The translations under genes were made by a program, and so were the position numbers. The notes beneath the pieces were generated by a model. The model saw only the letters and a list, made by a program, of their open reading frames with translations, was not told the origin of the DNA and ran no database searches. DNA of 60,670 bases, counting the filler, from Thelocarpon superellum (taxonomy: Eukaryota), in NCBI GenBank assembly GCA_026025795.1. It is 3 parts of 3 records of this genome, joined end to end, with 100 filler letters (N's around TTAATTAATTAA, not from the genome) between each part and the next. Parts side by side here need not be neighbours in the genome. Positions count along the whole stretch, not along the records: positions 1 to 20,191 come from JAPEUG010000330.1; 2 more parts are not named here. One strand, written 5' to 3'. Below are positions 1-10,887 of the stretch, piece after piece. Each line of letters starts with the position of its first letter. Within the stretch, counting starts at the first letter, position 1.

Positions 1-629
1 AGTGCTGGTGCCCCGTCCAAGTACTGATAGTCCCTTCTCCCGCACCGTACCCACCCACCTGTACAGCAATTGCCCCAGATCGACGCACCTCCCTGGCGCT
101 CCGCCCACGGCCCACCATCACGCCCCCCCACCCCTTGCGAATCCAGGGTCCCGGCTACCACCATTCCATTTGGCAGCGCTCGCGTGTGTCCCGCTTCCCA
201 GCTCCTGCTCTTACCTGCTTGCTCTCCTCCACCTCCTCCTGCCTCCAGCGTGCCATCTACTCCCCTCCGCCACCGCTATCGTTCATTTCGAGCCACCCCT
301 CCCACCGTCGACCACGAGCGAATATCCTAAAAGATCATGCGTCGCATAGCTACTGGCGCTCGCTTGACCGTTTGACCCCGGCTCCCCCAAAGTAGTGCGG
401 GCTCGTTACCGAACGATCCCTCACCCCAGATCGCGATCCCTCTCTTCTGCGCGTGTCGCTCACAACAACTTCGTGCACGCCTGGGTGAAGGTGCTTCACT
501 TGATGGGGACGCCTTGTGCGACAGTTCTCCTCCCTTCCAGTCAAGCTGTCGGCTCTTCTATGCGGCCGTCGCCACCGGGGGCGGCCTGGTGGAGGCGACA
601 AAGCGGGCGTGAACTCGCCGGGCTTCGGC

Positions 630-3137
630 ATGGCGATTTGGCCCTTTGCGAAGAAACGCAAGACGGCCGCCACGGGCCGCGAGCGTGACGGCGCCCCGTC
701 TACTGTGCTCATGGGCCCTCGTCCATATCTTGGATCGAGCACCCAGGTCGGCGGCATTGGTCTTCCATCGCACAAACAAGCTGATTTCACTCGCGAGCTG
801 AGGCATGCCGCCACTGGCCTGGGTATGTCCAGCCGCGAAGCCGTCACATCCTCACGATCGAAACCCCGCAATGACTCATCCCACGACCTTGAGCACGAGC
901 ATGTCTTGCCCCCGCTGAATCGCGATGCGACCAGTCTCGGTATCTTTACGGAGAATCGTGGCAATGTCCCCTCGTACTACTTCCACAACCCGGCGTCGCA
1001 CACAAGCCTCGCTGAGCGACGGGATGACTGGCAACGCCCGCCCACCCTTCGCGCCAAACGCAACACCAACGACTCCTCCTTGCTGCGTCGAAAGTCCACC
1101 AAACGGGATCGTGCGCGGGAACAAGAGATCCGGGGCCTGCAATCCACCGTCTTGCTCAGCAGTCGTCCCAACACACACAGCGGCAGCGTGTTGCAAAGAG
1201 ACAGCAAGAAGATGCATGGAGCCCTCAACCGCCATCTCGAGCGGCCCATGTCTGAGATCTCGCTGCCCATCCCAGACTCGTTACATTCATCCATGTCGTT
1301 GACGGCCGATTCGCAAGGGTTCAAGGTCCGCTCGCGCGACCTTTTCTCGCCGCGACCCACAATTCGCTACTCCGAGAGTACGCGATATCCTGGCGGTTCG
1401 AGCAGTGCACTCCCATCGCGGTCGAACTCGCGACGGGAAAAGCGTCTCTTCACTCCCGAGGAGACGCGCGACCACCGCACCCGGATCGACGAACTAGCGG
1501 ATGATCTTGACGCCATGGCACTTCGGGAGCTGATGGAGCGTGATCAACGACGGAGGGAGCAAAAGCACCTATCCGACCACGAGAAGCTGGACCGGAAGCT
1601 TCGACGCCGAGCGGAGAAGCAGCAAGAGGAAGAGCGACGAGCGACTGCGAGCGCCAGCTCGCCACAGCCATCCGAGTATGTTAGTCGTGGTCGAGATCTG
1701 ATCCGGCCAGGACGTGATCAGAACTTTGCTGCCCGAGGCGAACGGCAATTGGCACGTAGCCTGGACGAGAGGGACGAGATGCTGATCACGCCGTCGTGGC
1801 TTCATGATCCCTCCAACGAACACCTACCCCTCGATCCCTTTACGGAGGGTGATGAAGCGAGCGCCAGCCAACCGCAACAGGCGATCACTGTGGAGTCGGG
1901 CAAGGTTGGTGAAGAGCCTGTGACCAATGTGGTCCAGTCATCGAGACTGTCGCAGGCCAGCGCATCACCGCCGTCGTCACCTCTGCTCGCGATGGCCACC
2001 CAGAGTCCCGAGGCTCCGCCTGCACCACGACGACGTGAAGAAGGCTCCACCGAGCTGGACTCCATTGATCCTGATCAGCGCGCATCTGGCTCAAGTGGAC
2101 GGCAGCCCACCGTGGGCAGCTGGACATCCTTGTTCCGACGGAGCGGCCCACGTGCGGAACACGAATCGGGCGACCGAGGGCTCCTGACTCCATCTGAATT
2201 CTCCAACGCTTCGCGAGATTCGTTATCGCGCCAGTTTCCCGCAGTCCCCGACCAAGTCGGCTTCAAGCGGCGGTCGACGCCCCTGGCGCGGGCCAAGTCC
2301 AAGTTCCGCGAAGATCTGCCCGAACTTCCCATGTCACCTCCCTATTCCCGTGTGCAATCGATCGAGCCCGCGCCGGTGTTGGACAACTTACAAGAGAGCC
2401 TACCACTCGAACGCGCGGGCTCGAGTCTTGCCGAACGCGTCAGCTATGGCGCGAGCTCGCCGAGTCCCTACGACTTCTTCGCCGATCCGAGCTTGAAACG
2501 GCAGACCGAGGCGGCCATGAGTGGTCACCGTTCGAGCGAAGCGCCGTCGCTTGAAGGTCGGGCGCCAAGCACCGTGGTGTCGCAGTCCATGGCCTCCATC
2601 GACTCAGAGGGATCATGGCTATCCGGCCGACCGGCCAAGCGCTCTTCACAGGGACCTGGCCCATTGCGGAACAGCGCCAGCTCGCTACAAAAGCGATTGC
2701 AGGAGTTCAACGACTCCGGCGAGGATCTAGCTCTCACCGAAGATGAATACCTGAACCGCCTAACGCCCGCAAATGATCTTCACCTGACAGCCGAACCTCC
2801 CAGCGGCGCACGCCGACAAAGCAGTGTCGCCATTGCCTCGACGGATGGAGAAGACGATGGACTCCAGCTGCGACATGGCCCGGATGCTGCCGACCTTGGC
2901 ACGTGGCACGGTGCGGTCGGTCGGAAACCCACCATCGTTCACCACGAGGCGCTCGAGAAGAAGTCGCGCGAGGGCCTCCTGAACGACTTCCGCCGCGGGG
3001 AAGAAGAGGAGCCGACGCGAAAGGCCACGTCGTTTGAGCACCAGAGACCCAGCTTTGAGTTTCCGACGGAACGGGGCAACGAGGGCAGCCACGAGCGCCA
3101 TGTCAGCGCCGTGGACCCGCTCGACAGCACCTCATGA
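630..3137 (+). CDS. Conserved fungal hypothetical protein (835 aa, intronless, Ser/Arg-rich, central coiled coil)
   Basis: First in-frame ATG of the long ORF 516..3137 is at 630 (MAIWPFAKKRK). Charged helical segment RIDELADDLDAMALRELMERDQRRREQK and motif SQSMASIDSEGSWLSGRP. No catalytic domain recognised. Confidence 0.8.
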   Translation: MAIWPFAKKRKTAATGRERDGAPSTVLMGPRPYLGSSTQVGGIGLPSHKQADFTRELRHAATGLGMSSREAVTSSRSKPRNDSSHDLEHEHVLPPLNRDATSLGIFTENRGNVPSYYFHNPASHTSLAERRDDWQRPPTLRAKRNTNDSSLLRRKSTKRDRAREQEIRGLQSTVLLSSRPNTHSGSVLQRDSKKMHGALNRHLERPMSEISLPIPDSLHSSMSLTADSQGFKVRSRDLFSPRPTIRYSESTRYPGGSSSALPSRSNSRREKRLFTPEETRDHRTRIDELADDLDAMALRELMERDQRRREQKHLSDHEKLDRKLRRRAEKQQEEERRATASASSPQPSEYVSRGRDLIRPGRDQNFAARGERQLARSLDERDEMLITPSWLHDPSNEHLPLDPFTEGDEASASQPQQAITVESGKVGEEPVTNVVQSSRLSQASASPPSSPLLAMATQSPEAPPAPRRREEGSTELDSIDPDQRASGSSGRQPTVGSWTSLFRRSGPRAEHESGDRGLLTPSEFSNASRDSLSRQFPAVPDQVGFKRRSTPLARAKSKFREDLPELPMSPPYSRVQSIEPAPVLDNLQESLPLERAGSSLAERVSYGASSPSPYDFFADPSLKRQTEAAMSGHRSSEAPSLEGRAPSTVVSQSMASIDSEGSWLSGRPAKRSSQGPGPLRNSASSLQKRLQEFNDSGEDLALTEDEYLNRLTPANDLHLTAEPPSGARRQSSVAIASTDGEDDGLQLRHGPDAADLGTWHGAVGRKPTIVHHEALEKKSREGLLNDFRRGEEEEPTRKATSFEHQRPSFEFPTERGNEGSHERHVSAVDPLDSTS

Positions 3138-4646
3138 TGCTACCGGAGGAAGAGGTGTGCCGGTCGGGTCTCCGGATTGCGGTCTGGGATTGTGAGACAC
3201 CGCACGCCGTGGAAAGAATGCGATCGCAACGTCAGCCAGTCGCTCCTTACCTATTTCATTTGTCCATCCACCACGCCCGTCGGCTTTCCTTTGCTTGCTT
3301 GATCCGCGACCCTTGTGTCTTGTGTCTTATGTCTTCTGTCTGTCAGGTCTGATCTTGCTGGGTTGCTGGACCACGCACGGCTGTATGGGATGGGCGGAGC
3401 CTCCGTTGATACCCTGGTCCTTTTCCTCATGTCTCTCGGCCCCTACTTCACATTCCCCATTCTTATATTGTTTTCTAGTCTGAGCCTGGCTTGTCAGAGT
3501 ATCGACAGGAGTGCACGTTGTCCAGGAATGGTGGTGTACGAAGATCCTGACTCTTCGATTCTTGCGTGCGTAGCCTGAGCGGTCGTACTTTGATCGATCT
3601 TCCTACTTATCAGCGGCCTGTGATGACGATGGAGGAGTCGCATTTGCGCCATCGTCGCTGCTATCATCGCTCCTTAGCTATTCAGCTGCATGAAGTCTAG
3701 ACGGATCACGCTCGATCTCGCAGCGGGGCGGCCACTCAAGACCTAAGTCATCGCTGTAGATCGCTCTGGACCGGCTCTGGACCCGATGCTTGGGCTTTAC
3801 TGAGGCTTTAGATAGATGAGACTTCTATTCAGCTTGTCACACGAGGATTATCAGTGCTGAAGTAGTATCGGTTGAATCCAAAGACAATTATCGAGTGGGG
3901 GACGTTGCTCGCCGGTAGGAACGACGGTGGCTTAGAGGAACCCATATTTGGGTTATGTAATATCGGGAGCTCATGAGTCTCAACGACAATGGAACCGTCG
4001 TCCCCCGGGCAGGGCATATGCCTTTTGCATCAACTTCGAGCAAGCTCGTGCCGAGGATGATTTGGTTACCGTTAGGGAAAATCCTCGTCCCGGATTGGTC
4101 GTCGAAGCTTCTACAAGCCTACCGAGCACGCCACAGCCATCCAACGTCTTTGTAATCCTAGCGCGGCAGCTCCGTTCGTTGGCCGTGTGCGCAGCAGAAC
4201 GACGCAAGCGAGGGCAGCGAGGAGGTGGAGGCGACCCTGCCACGCCTGCCACACGGCCTGATCAGCGGCGAGACGCAAGCCGAGTCGTGCCAGGACCCTC
4301 TGCGCCTCTTTCGCCGTCGCTCTCCGCTGTCGATGCGCGCATAAACAGCTGCCCCCACCAGAAGCCCGGACCCTTTCGACTGCAACTAAACCTCGCCACT
4401 CCACGCGTACCAGCTAGTACCAGTGCCAGTAATACTGCCCTGCCCGAGCTCAGCTGCATATATCTTTACCCCTCCCCCTCGCGCCTCTTACCCTTCGTGG
4501 TAGTCTTCGCTCTGGCATCCCTTCAAGCGTTCGCTCGAACTGCACTTCGTTCCTCTGCACGACCTACCTCGACCGGTGCTTCCCTCTATCCAACTGCACG
4601 GTCTTATCTCTCCGCATCCAGATCTTTTCACACCACAGCTCGCACG

Positions 4647-5174
4647 ATGGGTGTCCACAACCTCTCCAGGTGAGTTGGCGGAGATCGATCCGGGAACTGC
4701 CCTGAAGAACGCCAAAACAGCCGCTGACCATGGTTGTGTCCCGTGCCACAGCAAGAAAGAGTTTGAAGAGGCCCAGAGCCAATCCGGCGTCATGGTCGTC
4801 GATTGTTTCGCGACGTGGTGTGGGCCTTGCAAGGTCATCGCGCCAAAGCTTGTAGCGTATGTCTATGCTTCTTTCTTTTCCTCGCCTGGTCTTGCCTCGT
4901 CTCACCTCCAAGACTCATCGACCCCTGCTTGATGCCCCGCGGGTAATGATACTACTTGGCTTTCTAACGTGGATCCATCCGCAACAGCTTCTCGGAAGTC
5001 TACACCAACGCGCGCTTCTACAAGGTCGACGTCGACGAGGTGCCGGAGGTGGCCAGTCTGCTCGAGGTCCGCGCCATGCCTACCTTCGTCATTTTCAAGG
5101 ATGGCACCAAGGCTGGCACGGTCGTTGGTGCGTCGCCTGACGCCCTTGAGAAGGCCATCAAGGAGGCGCTGTAG
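4647..5174 (+). CDS. TRX: Thioredoxin (104 aa); exons 4647-4669, 4752-4856, 4988-5174
   Basis: WCGPC active site, FYKVDVDE and AMPTF (cis-Pro) motifs. GT-AG introns 4670-4751 and 4857-4987 have GCTGAC/TCTAAC branch points and keep the frame. Confidence 0.96.
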
Positions 5175-5194
5175 ATGGATACTTGGGTTAGATA

Positions 5195-5630
5195 GCACGA
5201 TTACGAGCACGAGCACGAGCAGGTAGAGCAATCGATGAGTCAAACCCGATCAGACCCAGAAACCAAGTCTGGCCAGCACAGAATGGATTTGTAGACTCGC
5301 ACCACTCCGGGTATACCCATAGCCGTGACCGTAAGCATAGCTCCACCCACCCCAACCATCCGTCCATCCCATGCACCCATCCATGTACTCGCGAAGTACC
5401 TCGCCATGCACCGAAACCGAAGCTGAAAGCAAAACCGAAACCGAAACCGACCGAATCGCTCGAGGAAACACTGGTAGAACTCCGCCGCCAATCAAGGAAA
5501 GATGACAAACTCCGCCGCGACAGTCGCAGAAAGACGTCGACGTCCACCGCACCGCACCGCACCGTACCGACCGAGAGAAAGAAACGACGTCGACTTCCAC
5601 TATACCACACCACACCACCACACCAAACCA
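5195..5630. repeat. Cluster of short microsatellites (CACGAG, CCAT/CCATC, ACCGAA, GCACC, CAC) in the shared 3' region of two convergent genes
   Basis: Tandem short units seen at about 5204-5222, 5345-5385, 5410-5455, 5545-5565 and 5605-5625. Confidence 0.7.
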
Positions 5631-5728
5631 TGCGAAGAAGACCACTCAGACCTCCAACGCCCAAGACACACGAGGAGACCGGAGAGATTCCCCCCACACC
5701 GCTCGAGAAGAACACGAATTCCTCCTCG

Positions 5729-7693
5729 TCACCCGATGACGTCGAAGACCGACCAGTCGTCGACGATCTCAAGGAGACCGCCGATCGTCAGGGCAAGCCC
5801 GGCGATTTGAGATGACCAGGACGGCGACGTCGGCGTCGGGGGCGGTTCCTTCACAGGACGAACCGCGGCGGGTATGACGGGCCCGCCCGAGGAGGAATCC
5901 GGCGTTGGCGCGGCGTGAGGGGCGTCGGCGGCGTTGTCCGGAGCAACGACCTCGCTGATACAGAGGCGGGATTCCGCGGGGCACCACAAGAAGTGCTCCT
6001 CCCCGTGGAACCCCTTGTTGCCAAGCGGGAAGGGATCGGGAGGGGAGAGGAACCGCACCGGGTCAATGGTGCGGCGCGCGAGAACCGTGAGGACCCCTTT
6101 GCGCAGGTCCGCCACGTTCGGCTCCCCCTCCGAGTCCAGCTGCAGGGCGTCCTCGGTGTCCTGCCAGCTCGCCCACAACGATACTTCTCTTGGAGTCCCC
6201 GTGCGGTACATCACCGGCTCCTCGAAGTAGTTGTAGTGGTGCACGACAGGAGCCACCACTACCGTGGACGAGCGGGCAGGCAGCGTGGATGGTCTGGCGA
6301 CCTGGCGCGCGTCGAAGCTGTTGCTCCGTGCGCCAGCGTGCCGCTCAAAGAACCAATCCACGCTCCGGTCGGCCGCCTGCAGCTGGATCGGGGTGTACTG
6401 ACCGCTCTCCTTCAGCTCGTTGCTGTATCGGACCATGTGGCCCCAGGCGATGTTGCTCTTCGCAAGGAAAACCTTGCGCCGCCGGATCTCCTCCGGTCTC
6501 CGCACGTGGGGCATCGCCAGATCCTCGTACTCTTCCATCAGCACCTCTAGCTCCGCCTCCGTCGGCGGCAGGGCGGATTGCCAGAGATTCGGGGACACGA
6601 AGTCACCCGCCTCACCAGCCGTCATGGGACCGGCGGTGAGGTCCTCTGCATCCTCGTCAGCAGAGAGAGGCCCCCATTCAGCCGTGGCGGAGAGTGCCGT
6701 GGAGGGGAGATGCTTCAAGTCCCCTTGGCAATCCAGCTCCTCAGGACATCCCATGGACGATCCCTCGGAGGCTGGTTGCTCGGGCACCTGCTCTGACTCC
6801 CCACCAACGGCACCACGACGGAGGACCTCCTCTGACTGACTTACCCCGAGTGCCTGGCGGACCCGACGGAGGCTCGGCCAGACCTGCGACGAGCGCGAGA
6901 CAGCTGGAGAGAGGTCGAGGGCTTCCAAGAGCCGCGCGTCTTCGACCTCCTGGGAGACCTTGAAGGGCTCCAGCTCGTCTCCGGCCGTCCGAAGACAGCC
7001 GTTGCTCTCGCCGCAGGAGGTGGCGGGAGAGGTGCCACCAGAGGTGACTGAGCAGCCGTCTTCCGCGCTCGCCTCTCCCTCCACGTCCTCTTCATCGAAC
7101 TCGTCTGCCCAGCTGAACCGGGCCGACGGCTGAAGAGCGACGCGCACCTGGTCGTCGCTGGCGGGCTGTGACAGGGCCCAAGAGGAGGTGGAGGGTGGTG
7201 CCGGGAAGTCGAGTGCAAGCCCCGTCGACGGGCGGACTTCTGTCGCCCGACGGCTCGTCCGGCGTACCCGGTACGCGCTCACGTCGTCGTACCACGCCGC
7301 GTCGTACTCATCCGGGCTCCCTTCGGCTCCCCCGGGCGGGAGCACGAAGAGGCAGTCAGTGTAGTGAGCCCCAGCGGCGTCACTACACGTGGCTGCGACC
7401 CGACAGAAGGTCGAGCCAGCCGCGGATGAGAACAGGAGCTCGTTTGAAAAGAGCTCCGCGCGGTCGATGGTCAACTGATCATGTCAGTGAGTCATAACAA
7501 GGTGAAGGATGTTCACCGACGACTTACCTCGTCGATCGAGGTGACACGATACTGTCCCGGAGCACCTGGCTCCGCGAAGCCGTACTGTTATTCGGTGAGT
7601 GTCGCCCACGATCTGACTTGACAAGTCCGGAGATCCTACCTCGTCGTCGAAAACGGCCTCGAACACCGGGGAGAAGAAGGTAGGGGCGGACAT
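5729..7693 (-). CDS. Hypothetical fungal protein (618 aa); exons 7693-7640, 7584-7528, 7474-5729
   Basis: ATG 7693 (MSAPTFFSPVFEAVFDDE). Two phase-0 introns, 7639-7585 (GTAGGA..ACTCAC..CAG) and 7527-7475 (GTAAGT..ACTGAC..CAG), join it to the 581-codon ORF. Acidic low-complexity middle, VHHYNYFEEPV..TPREVSLW motif, hydrophobic C-terminal tail. Confidence 0.75.
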
Positions 7694-8798
7694 CTTCACG
7701 TGAGCGATGGCGAAAATCGTCACGAAAGGGGAGAGGTAGAGGGAGGCGGGAATCACGGCGGATGAAAGTCGTCGAGTGGAAGAAGTCGTGCTGAAGAAAT
7801 CGTATCGTCACGAGCTGGGAACGTTCGTGTCGTTCGTGATGATGGAGAAGAGAGGAGAAGAGAAGCGGAGCGTGAGTTCCGTTAGGATTTAAGAAGGCTG
7901 GCTGTTGTGTCGCCTCGTCCGCTACAGAGAAGAGGAAGGAACGACCGGACAAATGCGTCAACATCTTGTTGACAGGACTAGTGTCTACCCTTGTGAGGTG
8001 AATACCCAAACACCTGGGCGGGTACCCTTGTATTGGAGGCACGATACTGGAATGAAGCACGAGGGACGTTGCCATGCACCGAGCGTGGAAGACCCCCCCA
8101 TTTGACATCAGGTGCGATCGAGGAGAAATCGAAAAGCGCATCCCGCACGCCAGAAACACCAGTCTCACGGATAGCCAAGTAGATCGAGCTACTTTCTCAA
8201 AACCACGCTCGGACAGAAGTGAGAAATGGACAAGGAGTAAGCCGTGAAGGCGTTCAACGATCCTCGCATCGATGGACATTTTCATTTCTTCCCAGTGCTG
8301 ATCACGGCCCTTCGTGATGCCTTCTCTCCATATCTCCGTCGGAGGGTGCTGCCCAGTATTCTTGTCGATGGTATGCAGAGTCTCGCGCGGCGCGCGCAAG
8401 CACGCAACTTGAGGCACCTTCCCTTGCAGCGCAGCTCTCCCGCCCCGTGAACAGCAGGTATCGGTCTTTGCCATCCTCGATCATTCACGCGATGTTGTTG
8501 ATGGTTGATGTTCTCGGTTAGCGGGACTTGACCGGGATCCGTGCGCCGGCAAAATCTCCCGTCCATCGACGTCATTCATCCGCCTGCTTTCCTGAGCAGG
8601 ACATGCCATGCACGAGACTTGCCTAGATTCTGTCCAGTTTGATTGTTATTTGTACAAGATTATCTTATGGTTGGGTTAAGTCGCGGTGTTTTCGCAGCGA
8701 AGCCCTGTTGCTCCCTATTGAGATCCTCTCCACACCTGGGCCACGCCTACCTCGATCCCCTCAACTCCCTCGCTAGCCGGCTGCGACAAACAAACACA

Positions 8799-9840
8799 AT
8801 GGCCTCGACGGTAGCAAAGCGCCTGGAGGGCAAGACGATCGTCGTCACGGGTGCATCTTCAGGCATCGGTTGCAGTACTGCGATCGAATTTGCGAAGGCG
8901 TCACCCACCAATCTGAAATTGGTGTTGACGGCGCGGCGCCTCCAGAACTTGGAAGAGCTGGCGACCAGAATCAAAGACGAAGTGGGCAATGGAGTCAAGG
9001 TGCACCCGGTGAAAATGGATGTCAGCGATCCACAAGACGTGAAGGACTTCGTCGGCAATCTTCCTGCCGAATTCAAAGAGATTGATGTGCTGGTAAACAA
9101 TGCGTGAGACGTCCATGGGCCCAAGTCCGTCACGGATGAAACCATGATGGCTGAGATTGAATGCGCAGTGGTCTGGTGAAAGGCGTGGCAAAAGCTCCCG
9201 AGATTCTGGATGAGGACATCAACGTCATGTTCTCAACCAACGTCACGGGGCTCATCAGCCTCACCCAAGCCGTTCTTCCCATCTTTCTGAAGCGGCCTGA
9301 TGGCGGGCGCGGCGATATCATTAACATCGGGAGCATCGCGGGCCGAGACGGCTACGCCGGTGGCAGTATCTACTGTGCCACCAAGGCTGCGGTCCGGACC
9401 TTCACGGATGCGTTGCGCAAGGAATTAGTCGCTACGCGAATCCGGATCATGGAGGTCGACCCAGGCCAAGTGGAAACCGTGCGTTGTCATCTTCGAGTGC
9501 CCCAACATCCGGATCACTGAGATCTCTATCCACAGGAATTTTCTGTCGTTCGCTTTGGTGGCGACAAGGCCAAGGCTGACGCTGTCTACGCGTGCGTTCG
9601 TCGGCATCCCGGAAAGAAGTTGGAAGCTGACATCCCTCGTCTAGAGGCGTGGAGCCCTTGACACCCGAAGATATTGCAGAAGTTGTCGTCTTTGCCGCCG
9701 GACGGAGGGAGAATGTCGTCATTGCAGATACCCTCATCTTCCCCAGTCATCAGGTAGGTAGATGAACTCGTGTGGTATGAGTGAGAGTCATCATTGATCC
9801 GCTCCAGGCGTCGGCGACCGTCGTGCACAAAAAGTCATGA
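8799..9840 (+). CDS. Short-chain dehydrogenase, NADP-dependent 3-hydroxy acid / L-serine dehydrogenase type (YMR226C/YdfG family), 270 aa; exons 8799-9103, 9169-9478, 9536-9591, 9645-9753, 9808-9840
   Basis: TGASSGIG, VNNAG (split by intron 1), GSIAG, YCATK catalytic motif, PGQVETEFSVVRF and PLTPEDIAE. Four canonical introns keep the frame. Confidence 0.92.
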
Positions 9841-9967
9841 GTCGGCTCGGAACCGCCGAAGTCGAAAAGGGACGAAACGGTCTGCATTTGCGCCGTCACT
9901 CATGATAGACATCAGGAATACCTCAGCACTCTATGAACCGGACCGATGGATCGCTAGACAGCCCTTT

Positions 9968-10606
9968 CTACGGCTCCCCGCCCAGCTTTGACTCAATCTC
10001 ATGGAGGTCGTCGGTCGAATCAATGTCGATGACGCGACCCGCTTCCGCCGTGTTTCTCATGAGCTCCTTGGCACCCGCGTAGAGGAGACGTAGCTCAGCG
10101 TTACAGGTGACGGGCAGGTGATAGATGAGAACGTATGGGGCAGACTGGCGGCCGGAAGCCTGTCAAGGACGAGTCAGGTCAATGGAGCATCCAAGGCCAC
10201 TGCCCTGACGGATGCGCTGTCCGCACCAACGTGAGTGGGTAGCTCAGCAAAATGAACCGGGGCGAGTGGTCGGGCAGGTCTTCAGCCAGCTCCGCCATGC
10301 TGCTATAAACCTCGTCGCCATCTTGAGCAATTTCCAAGGACTGCTTGTTGATCGAATCTGACCACCCGGTTGCTTTCAGCCCAGTCCTGCCCGCGCCGGC
10401 GCTGACGGCGGCATGCACACGGGACGAGGCCCGGAAGAAGAGTACCCACAAACGACTGCCTGGGGCTCTTGCTTTCGGGACGTGCCCAGCCGGAACGTCC
10501 GCAGCTTCGCTGTCGTTTCGGGCGAGAACGTGTACAAGCGTGCTTCCGAGGACTGTGATTCGGATCAGCTTCGCCGTCTTGGTACGGTTCAGGTTGTACT
10601 GGCCAT
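9968..10606 (-). CDS. AIM7: Glia maturation factor / ADF-H family Arp2/3 regulator (142 aa); exons 10606-10604, 10552-10450, 10357-10227, 10159-9968
   Basis: SEARLYTFSPET..KLRTFRLGTSR, ELAEDLPDHSPRFILLSYP, GRQSAPYVLIY and LLYAGAKELMR are GMF-family motifs. The first intron needs a GC donor (see findings). Confidence 0.9.
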
Positions 10607-10887
10607 CTTGACAGTCTGATTTATCAATGGAAAGGCCGGCTGAAGCACTCAAAGCGAGACAGCCAAAGGGCGTTTCCGTCCAGCGTGAATCTAGCCGCGT
10701 TTGGCGGGGCAGCGATCATGTCGGGACCGTGGGCCGGAGGAGCTCCTGCGCGTTTTAGCCTGTCATGTGTGCTCCGGTACGGAGTACCGAGGCGCCGGCA
10801 TTGGTGGGGAGAGTCTCCGACCCACGAATGCCGCCCCTGACACCATCAGCGTCGGAAATATACCAGGAGCCCTCCCCACCGCGCCCA

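Noticed and set aside
7524..8474. 316-aa minus-strand ORF upstream of the 618-aa gene
   Set aside because: Non-protein-like composition; it overlaps the real gene's first exons in another frame and ends inside an intron.
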